A stretch of DNA of 64,000 bases, from contig OZ024740.1 of the NCBI GenBank assembly GCA_964016885.1, forward strand, positions 27,094,001 to 27,158,000, written 5' to 3'. Numbering within the stretch: position 1 is the stretch's first letter; each line of letters begins with the position of its first letter. A model generated the notes under the pieces. It searched no databases, was not told where the DNA came from, and saw only the letters and a program-made list of their open reading frames with translations. Positions 1-10,083 of this stretch are shown piece after piece. The stretch is from Eledone cirrhosa. Taxonomy: Eukaryota. Position numbers and translations under genes: made by a program.

Positions 1-711
1 TATCGAATGCCTTAGATTGATCCAAGTTGATCAGGGCCCCACCAAAGCCGGGTTCGTTCCCAACCCTCTCTATGATGTATCGCATGAGGTGGAGGTTATC
101 GTGGATGGACCTGGACGGGATAGCACATGTCTGCGCATCTCCCACCAGGTTGCCCACGACAAGCGCCAACCTCTTTGCTAGCACCTTGGCCAAAATCTGT
201 AACTCTGTATTTAGCAGAGTTATGGGCCTGAAATTATTTATATCGTCCCCCTTGTTCTCGTCCTTCCTCACTAGAGTGACTACGCCCTTGGTCACAGCAC
301 AGGGAATTCTCCCGTTCTGTCGCCAGTTGCAGTAGACCGCCTCGAGGAGTTCGGGGAACAAGTCCGGCATAGCTAGATATAGTTCGTATGGAAGACCATC
401 GAGACCCGGGGATTTGCGTTTGCCGCATTGGCTCAACACGTCCTCTATCTCAGCGGCTGAAATCGGCTCCTCGCAGGACTTCGCCTCCCTGTCCGAGAGA
501 CGCGGCAGGCCGTCGAGGTATGGACCGAAGTCCACGTCCCCAACCGGCCCCCCGCCCCTTCCGAACAATTCGGCAAAGTGCTTTTGAAAAGCCTCGCACA
601 TCTGCTTAGGTTCAAGGATCACCCGTCCATCCTGGTCTCGCAAAGACCGGATAGTGGATCTGCTCCCTCTTTTGGCTTCTGTCACGCGGGCCCAGCTAAC
701 AGCTTTGGTCC
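1..711 (-). mobile_element. 5'-truncated Tx1-like LINE ORF2 fragment (linker/RT N-terminal part), continuing off the window
   Basis: Minus strand reads GTKAVSWARV...KSPGLDGLPYELY...NFRPITLLN...IHDNLHLMRYI...INLDQSKAFD, homologous to but diverged from ORF2 at 25413-28832. The 5' end abuts (AGAT)n at ~712-740. Confidence 0.9.
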
Positions 712-954
712 CAGATAGATAGATAGATAGATAGATAGATATAAAAGGAAATGTATATATAAGAACATACTCTCATATAAAACATACTTTAGTATTCAAA
801 AACTTTACATTTATGTATCTACGCCTAGAATTACATTTAAAATTAGGAGTTAATGAAACAGACTCCAGCTTTCTCATTATACGTAGATATCGATATTTCC
901 AGCTGGTAAATGAGAAAATGTTTAAACATGGAATTTCTATAGATTCTGATAATC

Positions 955-1200
955 ATCATCATCCTTTTACGTCCGCTTTTCCCTGCTTGCAAGGGTGGGA
1001 CAGGTCCTATTCAGCACAGCATCTTTCCACTTGTCACGGTCCTTCGTCATCTCCACCATGAGCTTCAGCGACCTTAGGTCTGCTCTCACCACCTCCGCCC
1101 ATGTTGTTCGTCGTCTTCCTCTACTGCGTCTTCCTTCAACTGGCATTTCTTGGCACTTGAATTCTTCTATGGACACCAGCCCAGAAACCTCACATCTATT
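955..1200 (-). mobile_element. RTE-like LINE 3' end fragment
   Basis: ORF 967-1176(-) VEGRRSRGRRRTTWAEVVRADL...DRDKWK is a typical RTE C-terminus. A short (GAT)n tail follows. Confidence 0.7.
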
Positions 1201-1233
1201 GAATTGATTTCAGTATATAATTTGGTACCCCTT

Positions 1234-1527
1234 CTTTGACCTTGAAATAATAAACATGGCACAAGGTCAGCAATTATCCCAGTGTATTCTGGTACTTTAT
1301 TTTATCGACCACGTAAGGATGAAAGGCAAAGTTAACCTCGGCGGGATTTGAACTCAGACCATAAAGGGCCGTAACTGGTCCGAGTTCAAATCCCGCCGAG
1401 GTTAACTTTGCCTTTCATCCTTACGGGGTCGATAAAATAAAGTACTAGTAATACACTGGGGTAATTGCTGGCCTTGTGCCAAAAGTAGAAACAATTATTT
1501 CAGAGATTTATTATTTCAATGTCAAAG
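1234..1527. repeat. Fold-back inverted repeat made of two opposed partial SINE copies plus inverted flanks
   Basis: 1257-1361 is the reverse complement of 1376-1481 with few mismatches. 1234-1254 also matches the reverse complement of 1507-1527 (20/21). Confidence 0.9.
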
Positions 1528-1814
1528 TTCTGTACTAATGGTATCTAATTTAGAGACAAGTCCAGCAAATAGGGCGAGGAGAAGGTGATTCTATCGACAC
1601 CAGTATTTATCTGGTATTTTATTGAATCATTCCCGGAAGAAATGATATGCCAAAGAGATTTCGGTCGCATTTGAAATCAGAAGGTATAAAAAGGAATTTA
1701 TTGATTACGCCAATACACAATTCCGGTATGTAAATATGGTGCAATATATAAATATGGTGTTTTAACATGAGAGAGATATAATTTTAGTAGTGTGTGTATA
1801 TATATAATATATAT

Positions 1815-1846
<32 letters not shown>

Positions 1847-2006
1847 GGGATAACAAGATATCATTATATGTAATCCAGTTAGAGGTGGTGAGTGCTCTGC
1901 GTCGTGGATAATTTTAGCGTAGGGCTTGTTTTGACTCAACAAGATGCTTCCATAGTTAGGCAGCGAGTTCGCGGTAATTTTTATGCAGGTTATACTTGGA
2001 GTAATA

Positions 2007-2281
2007 ATAGTTAAAAAATGAAGATTAACATGGTTGGCTGTACAATAAGGGCTTTATTTAAAGTACTGACAATTGTTTCGTTGATCAGGTGGGTCTAGAG
2101 TTCGCTAATCGCTTGGTGTTGCGTTATTCGATCTCCAATACATTATTCAACTATGGTCAACACATCAGAGTATGTAGATATCAGTTCGCGAACTCTAGAC
2201 CCACCTGATCAACGAAACAATTGTCAGTACTTTAAATAAACCCCTTATTGTACAGCCAACCATGTTAATCTTCATATTTTT

Positions 2282-2288
<7 letters not shown>
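2007..2288. repeat. ~100-bp-arm inverted repeat, probable Penelope-like pLTR remnant
   Basis: 2007-2105 is the near-perfect reverse complement of 2188-2288, and the region contains a hammerhead-like motif. Confidence 0.8.
2064..2172 (-). ncRNA. Putative minimal type I hammerhead ribozyme-like motif (variant core)
   Basis: Minus strand: TACT-CTGATGT-GTTGA..(long loop)..TCAAC-GAAA-CAATTG-TC-AGTA. Stems I and II pair and stem III is palindromic. The core is CUGAUGU instead of CUGAUGA. Confidence 0.5.
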
Positions 2289-2324
<36 letters not shown>

Positions 2325-2460
2325 TTCCCATCAGATATGAGGCTATGTAACCATGTTAAAACTCCATATATATAGATATATATACATATATATAAATACA
2401 TATATATATGGAGTTTTAACAAGGTCAGATATGTGAAGGGAGACACATATCATTTTGGAA

Positions 2461-2514
<54 letters not shown>

Positions 2515-2516
<2 letters not shown>

Positions 2517-3960
2517 TGAGTCCTCAACCAATTCTAGCGGTTTCCTGCCTACATTAGTGATCCCCTCTGGCTTCTCAACATTCTCTACCAGATATTTTGT
2601 TTTAGTCTCATTCATTCTCAGTCCCACACTCAACGACACAGTCTCAACATCCTGCATCAAATCCTCTGCCTTTTTCACTGTATTTGTCACCGAAACTATA
2701 TCGCCAGCAAATTCACCATCTGTTATCTTTTTCGCCTTAACTCTCCTGCTCTGAGCCTGTGTTACAGTAAAGCAAGAGTCCTGGTGTTTCTCCAGTGCAA
2801 GGCGCATACAATTGTCCACTACGATGAAAAAAAGGTAGGGAACCATTGTATCTCCCTGGAGCACTCTAGCCCATATCTCAAAGAACTCTGTCATCCCATC
2901 ACGTGTTATGACTTGGGCTTTGGTGTTGTTGTAGAGCAGTGATATCAGGTCCACTATCTTCTTGGGGATTCCATAAGCTTGTAAGATCTTCATCAGGCAG
3001 TGACGGTCCACAGAATCAAAGGCCTTCCTAAAGTCAATGAAAACCATGACCGCAGGAAGGCACATTGCTCTAGCTCCCTCTAATATCCTTCTCAACATCA
3101 GAATGTGACTCGTGGTTGATCTTCCCTCTCTAAAGCCGTTCTGGTTGTCCCTGAGCTTCTTCTCCATCTCAGGCTGGATCCTGTTAAGAATCATCCTGTT
3201 GAGGGTCTTTGCCACAAGTGACGTCCGTGAGATCCCCCTGTAGTTGTTGGTGTTAGAGAGATCTCCCTTCTTTGGCACTTGGACGATGTTACTGATCCCC
3301 CACTGTTTCGGGGCAACTCCTTTCTCCAGTGCCTGGTTACAGAACCCTAGGATGATATCATCGTAATCACACCTCTTCATCACCTCTGATGCCACTCCAT
3401 GTTCTCTATGAGCTTTGCCCTCCTTGATCTTCTTCTTGGCTCTCTGAAGCTCCTCTCTGGTGAAGGTCTCTGTCTCAATATCCATTTCTTCAAACAGCCG
3501 CCTGATCTCCCCAGTGCTCTGGGCTGTGGAAGGCGGCTCTCCTAGTAGGGTCCTAAAATGGTCTAGCCATTTCTTCTTCCTATCCTCGGGCCCTGTTCCC
3601 TGGATCTGACTCGAACACCTTCTCTTCCTCCCTGTGATCTCGTTGATGACCATCCAGCTCTCCTTACATCCAGACATGTCAACCGATCTCTCCACACTTC
3701 TGATCTTCTCTATCAGTGCCTCCTCTCCGGCCTCAGTGTAAGCGGTACAGAGTTCTTCCCTCATCACCTCCACAGTCTCCATCCTCTCTTCCGTAGGATC
3801 AGCATAGAATTGATCCTTGGCAGCTTTCAGGTGTTCTCTGGCTGCACACACTTTTGGGTCTTCAGAGCTGACGTGCTTCCTTTTGTTCTTTCTCTCCTCG
3901 GCACCAGGGTCTCACTTGCTTCCGCCACTGCATTGGTGAAGTACCCGTACCTCCTCGTCA
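2515..3960 (-). mobile_element. RTE-like LINE, inverted 5' segment (degenerate RT)
   Basis: ORF 2343-3851(-) has PKKGDLS...NYRGIS, QNGFR, FIDFRKAFDSV, VLQGD and a mutated FADD (FAGD). LINE homology ends at LELVED, next to (TA)n. Confidence 0.9.
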
Positions 3961-4519
3961 TTTGGCAGCAAAGATTGGGAATACGGAAGATGATGTAGTT
4001 GAGAGGAAGATCAAAGCCTGGGCAGCGTGCCACAGCTTGAGATCGGTGTGGAAGTCGGACTTTCGTAAAGACCTGAAAATCCGCCTCTTCATTGCTGTAG
4101 TGGAGTATGTGCTGTTGTACGGCTCTGAGACTTGGACACTGACCAGGAAACTCACTCAGATAGTGGATGGTTGCTACACGAGAATGCTGAGGATGTCTCT
4201 GAACATTAATCAGTATACACTGATGATGAAAAACTGAGAACTGTATGGGAGCCTCCTAAAAGTCAGCTCAAAAGTGACACACAGGAGATTGAGGTTAGCT
4301 GGATATGCTCACTGACATCCAGAGTTGACATTGCACTCAGTGCTTCTGTGGGAGTCCCTACATGGACACACTGGAAGAGGAAGACCAAGGTTAACGTATG
4401 TTGATGCCCTAAAGACAGACACTGGTCTGTTGGAAACGCAGGACATGGCAGCGATAATGAGGGACAGAGACCGCTGGAGAGAACTCGTCCATGGATCTCT
4501 GGAATTTTACCCGCCCTAG
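3961..4519 (+). mobile_element. RTE-like LINE, 3' segment continuing the RT in the opposite orientation
   Basis: ORFs 3962-4237 (VLLYGSETWTLT) and 4325-4519 (GRGRPRLTYVD...DRDRWR) continue the protein from where 2515-3960(-) stops. Confidence 0.9.
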
Positions 4520-4589
4520 AAAATATGTGTGGAGTTTTAACATAGTCAGATAGCTTCACAACTAATAGGAAAGATATATCATTTCAGGA

Positions 4590-4650
<61 letters not shown>

Positions 4651-5074
4651 AAATGGAAACTATATTTATAAAACCATATTTATTCTATTATATATATTTC
4701 AAGGTTACCAAAACTTTTGTAAGCTTTCATCAGATAAAATACAAAGTTTGTTTTATAAATTTTGACATAACCAAGAAAAGATACCTTAACGGTTCAGGTT
4801 TTTCTTGGATAGTGAAGGGAAAAGAGAAGAAGAGTAAGATATTTCAAATTATTAAGGTGAGTATGCAAATGAGGTTGAGGTATATGGCTGAAAAAACGTT
4901 ATTTTAAACGCTATGCAGAATTTAAATAATTAGGATATATGTATGTATGAGTAGGAAGATGAAAAAAAAGAAAGAAGAGCTTGTATTTACGTTAATTTAA
5001 AAGGAATTAACAATTTGCGGGAATGGTGGAATATGATTCCAGAATTTAAATTTATTTAGCTATATTATGAGTTA

Positions 5075-5257
5075 TAATTGTTTCTACTTTTGGCACAAGG
5101 CCAGCAATTGCCCAGTGCATTAGTGGTTCTTTATTTTATCGACCCCGTAATGATGAAAGGCAAAGTTCACCTTGGCGGAATTTGGAATTTGGAAAGGGCC
5201 GTAACTCCATGCATCAAAGCATGGCGTCCGACCCTCTACCTATACTGCCAATCCACT
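5075..5257 (-). mobile_element. tRNA-derived SINE, family S1
   Basis: Matches the recurrent element TGGCAGTA..GG (A box) ... TTCAAATCCCGCC (B box) ... TTTGCCTTTCATC...GGGGTCGATAAAATAA...GGCCTTGTGCCAAAAGTAGAAAC. Confidence 0.8.
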
Positions 5258-5439
5258 ATATATAATCAATTAGATTATATGAAGAATTATGGTTGTAAGT
5301 AGAATTTATCTTATTACATTAAAATAGGTTGTAAGTATATAAATATCTATATAGATTAATAATTGTGCATGTATAAGTATTATAGAAATAGAAATAATTT
5401 ACAATTATTAGTTGTTTACATTTCTAATTTGAGTTACCC

Positions 5440-7048
5440 AGGATGTTGATTATATTGTAAGAACTCAGGAAAAACTACAAAATAACATCAAATGAAGATC
5501 TTTCAACGTTAAATAGAGAAGCTTCTGAAATTATTTATGAATTAGGCATCCAAAATAGGGCTGAACCCTTTATACCTAGAAAACCGAAGATTAACTTGAA
5601 GGACCAAAAATGAAACTTTGAAATTGAACTACCAGTCAGACTCATCGCATCATCTAAATCGGACTTAGGCATAATTATCAAACATATATTAAATAGAATT
5701 AGACCACTACTTAAAGAAAAATCACACCTTAAACTATGGAACGGTACTAATGAAGTTCAATAACATAAAATTAAAACATAACAAAAAATTCATTCAAATG
5801 GATATTGCAAATCACTACTCCTCTATTACCTCTAGCTTACTTAATAAGGCACTTATCTCCGCTTCTAAACATACAGACCTATCTAGTGAAAAAATGAATA
5901 TAATTCTAACAGCACGTAAAACCCTAATAGAATTTAATAATCATCTCTGGACAAGAGCCGACAGAAAATACAATGTTGATATCACTATGGGATCATCGGA
6001 CTCGGCGCAAGTAACGGACCTCGTTGGATTATTTATTAATAATGTACTGCATAGGAAAATGCCAGAGATGACCGGAGGTTTATATCGCGACGATATATTA
6101 CTTTTAATTGAAAACCATAGCAATAGTGAAATTAATAGGAAAAGGAAATCCATAATACAATTTTTCAACAACTACAACCTTAATTTAGAAATCGAGAATA
6201 ATTACAAAATCGTTAACTTCTTAAATGTAACCTTAATTCTTAGCACAGGTCTTTACTATCCATTCCATAAAATTAACGAAAATCTAAATTACGTAAGTTT
6301 CAATTCTAATCATCCTAGGAATATTAAAAACACTATTGTCAATAGCGTTCAGCAACGGATTTCATGCATCTCTGCTAATAAACATATTGTTGATGATAAG
6401 GCAGAATATTACAATGAAGCTTTGCATAGAGCAGGATACTCGAATAAAATTACATACATAGATAACAATAATATGACAAATCATCCTATAATTAATTATA
6501 ATAATAATTGGTGCTACTTTTGGCACAAGGCAAGCAAATAACTAGTACATTACTGGTACTTTATTTTATCGACCCCGTAAGGATGAAAGGAAAAGTTAAC
6601 GTCGGCGGGATTTGAACTCAGATCATAAAGGGATGTAACTCTATGTTTCAAATCATGGTGTCCGACTCTCTACCGATACTTCCAATCCACCGCCCTTATA
6701 CTAATAATAAACAATTTAACTTAAACACTAAACCAAACAAAAAAACTAGAACTAGAAATATTATTTGGTACTCTCCTCCATTCTCATTAAGCGTTAAAAC
6801 ACCTTTAGCAAAGCTATTTTTTAAAGCACTAGATAAATGTTTTCCTAAAACCCTCAGATACCACTCTATTTTTAACAGACACACTATAAAACTATCCTAC
6901 TCTACTACTATGAACATAGCACAAAATATAAATAGAATTAATAATAGAAACTTAAATTTAAACCCTAACCAAACTAACCAAGATAGCAATAATAATATTT
7001 CTAACAACAATATTCAGAATAATAGTACCGTTCCGAACAACAACAACT

Positions 7049-7050
<2 letters not shown>
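5440..7050 (+). mobile_element. Degenerate Penelope-like element RT, interrupted by a SINE and truncated before any GIY-YIG domain
   Basis: Motifs PVRLI..SKSDLG, MDI..HYSSI, DITMGSSDSAQVTDLVGL, GLYRDD, FLNVTL, SNHP and RNIIWYSPPFS (ORFs 5750-6541 and 6643-7113). Confidence 0.8.
6505..6693 (-). mobile_element. tRNA-derived SINE S1 inserted in the Penelope-like element
   Basis: Near full-length copy with A/B-box head and GGCCTTGTGCCAAAAG-like tail. Confidence 0.85.
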
Positions 7051-7086
<36 letters not shown>

Positions 7087-7555
7087 ATTAAAGTCAGATT
7101 GCTTCATATCTGACGGGAGACACAAAGCCTTTAGAAGTATATTATTTTAGAAGTCTGTTGCTTGCAGCGACTAGTATAAGTGAAGTTACGTTTGAAGTGA
7201 ATCGATATCTGAACCATTGCTAAATCACGATCAAAAAGCAGAGGTCCTTTGAGTTTGAAAGGTTTCTTCACACAGCAACATCTGATAGCAGGGCAAAAAT
7301 ATTCAAGAAACCATCCTGTAGGCAATTCTTGTGTAATACAAACCATGCAGTTAGATTTTCATAGCGGAAGGTCATTAAACTTCCAAAATCGGAATAATTC
7401 AACATGCAATGGTTCATGTTAGAATTCTCCTGTGACATTTGATCCTGATAGCAATGTGACACAATATTTTACTGGTGATATTCCTCTCTTTGAAATAACA
7501 TTTTAGAAGATAAACTGTTCCAAGATAGCCGACACTTACCTATATTTGTTTTTTA

Positions 7556-7760
7556 TTTAGGCACAGGGCCAACAAATTTGGGGAAAGCCAAACGTTGATT
7601 GAATCAAACATAGTATTTGATTGCTACGTTATTTTATCAACCCCAGAAATATGAAATAGAAAGTTGATCTCGGCAGATTTTAAAATCAGAGGTTAAAGGG
7701 CCAGAACAAATATCGCAAAGACATTTTGTCCGACGGCCTACTAATTCTGTTTATACCTTA
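7556..7760 (-). mobile_element. Degenerate S1-related SINE (similar relics near 1550-1690 and 40930-41120)
   Basis: TTTTATCAACCCC...GAAA...GTTGATCTCGGCAGATTT core is recognisable. Confidence 0.6.
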
Positions 7761-7777
7761 CCATTGTGGATATTTAC

Positions 7778-7796
7778 CTTCTTCTTCTTCTTCTTC

Positions 7797-7844
<48 letters not shown>
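7778..7844 (+). repeat. Compound (TTC)n(TTA)n microsatellite at the left edge of the retrotransposon array
   Basis: Seen directly. Confidence 0.95.
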
Positions 7845-7845
<1 letters not shown>

Positions 7846-8620
7846 AGCTGCATTTATCTTGCTTTATGTTCATACGAGTTATCACCAAGTCACAACCAGT
7901 GACCTCAAGAGACAACAAGGTCCGCCATGTTCAAGAAAGAACATACATACTCACACATGCATCTTTAGTGTTTAGACTTGTGATGTACTTATATTGACAG
8001 AATCTTCCTTAGTATATGGGCAGTTCCCATTAGTACTATCTTTTGTATTTCTCCTATACGTGGGTTTCCTGGGATTTGCGATAAGTAATCATTAGACCCC
8101 TTAGGTATCATTCCTAGAGCGCCTACAACCACTGGTATTGTTTTAGTTCTCAATTTCCACATTTTTCCAATTTCTATCTCTAGGTCCTTATACTTGCTCA
8201 ATTTTTCAAATGTTTTTATATATACATTCTTGTCTATTGGAACAGACATATCAATTAGCAGGCATACCCTCTTTTTAAAGTCCTTCAATATTATATCAGG
8301 TCTATTTGCATCTATTTTTCGGTCTGTTTGGATGCTAAAGTTCCACAAGATTGAGATGTGATCTTTTTCAAGTATGGGAGGTGGTTGATGCTCCCACCAA
8401 TTCTTTTGATGGGGCAGGTCAAAATGCTTACACATTATCCAATGTATGTATTGTGCAGCTCTGTCATGCCTGTTTAGGTATTCGGTTGGAGCTATAGGAC
8501 TGCACATTGAAATTTTATGGTCAATGGTCTCTGGTTGTTTTTTACATACACGGCATAATGGGCTGCATCCATTTTTTTTATTATGTTGGCTTGGTAATTT
8601 TTTGTTGGCAGACACTGATC
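7845..8620 (-). mobile_element. 5'-truncated R4/Dong-like RLE non-LTR retrotransposon (copy D1)
   Basis: ORF 7989-8615(-) has CRVC..ETIDH...C zinc knuckle, RHD, NRPD...IDMSVP..K..KYKDL and VVVGALG. (TAA)n lies on both sides in element orientation. Confidence 0.9.
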
Positions 8621-8869
8621 TTTATTATTATTATTATTATTATGGCCGCACATGTGTGAAGACAGTACAAATCTGCGGGGGAAAAGGTTCGTAACTTTAA
8701 GCTGTTTTAAAGTGTCATTTTTTATATTTTCTTGTCGTTAACGAAACTTAAGGTACACATCTTGATTTAAAGAGAAGGATACCTCTCAATGTTCGGGCTT
8801 TAAGCCCGAATATTCAGATTTATTTTTAAAAACTTCGAAAAAAAATTACTTCCCTACCAAACGAAAATT

Positions 8870-10050
8870 ATGGAAATTTTTGACCTTGAAACAGTAAACA
8901 ACGTTCAGGTCAAAAGTTTAACGGCAGCCACTTTAGATTTCACCACGACTACGACGGCTACAGTCATGCCTGTCATCCACTCTACAGAATGTGAAGGCAA
9001 AACTCAAAAGCTACCATCACAACCTTCTGCGATAGCAGCAGTATCATCTGAAAACGATATCACCACCACCACCGCCACCACCACCACCACAACAACAACT
9101 CAGAGCAATAACGACAATAACACCGACAGCTTCAATGTAAACAAGGATGGCGGTGGCAACACCAATAACAACAGCAAGAATGACAACAACAACAATAAGA
9201 GCATCAGAAACACCAGTGCTTATTGAATATTGATATTGATATTAGCGATAAAGACGAACAGTTGGCCAAAGCGTGGTGGCTAATTAAACGGGAGAGGTCC
9301 TGGGCAAACCTGACTATCTCGGACGAGGCAATAGCGGCCATGCAAAGGAGGACGGTGTTCTTTCGATGTATTTCGGTGCAGACACGAACAGTGGAACTTG
9401 CGAGCCAAGCAGAGGTAGAGGCTGCTTTGGAGTACATCGGAAGTAACATAGAGTACAAAGCAAGAGGCAAACAGTTCGGTACCATATCTGTACTGTTCAA
9501 AACCGAGGCCCTCGCTATTAAGCACTCGGTGACCCCCTGCAGAACGGAACGCATTATCATGCATCCGTCCTATATGGGTAAAAGGACAGTGAAGGTACGC
9601 ATTCCCAGCATCCCACCAGGAATGAACACACAAATACCTGAAATTGCAGACACCACACCTACAACAAACATAGACATACCCAAAACAACACAACCAAAAC
9701 CATCGCCACCACCTTCACCAAAACGAAAACAAATAAAACCACACCAACAATATGTTAAAAACTTCGTGCTTGTCAGAAGAGCCAACGATAAACGGATGGC
9801 CCTTTTAGCGCGAAGCGAGGACATTCAAACAGAGGGGGAGATTTTGAAATGAGCACATTTGCGTGCCAGAAGATTTGCTTCTGGTCCGAATGTCACTCAA
9901 TTCCTTCAAAGAAATTCGAGAGAGCTTTCCTCAAGACGTGGGAACCCCTAATGTGAAACACACATCAAGACTTTTAAAGGGGTTCCCAAAAGGACCCCAC
10001 CAGCCATGGAGGTCGAACCACCCGACCTTCACAAGACCCGGGAAATAAGT
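8870..10050 (+). pseudogene. ORF1 of A1, disrupted by deletions at ~9217 and ~9626
   Basis: ORFs 8870-9226, 9223-9852 and 9863-10048 align in pieces to the ORF1 of A2. Confidence 0.8.
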
Positions 10051-10083
10051 AAACCTTCCCTCTCTCTCTCTTAGCTTACCAAT

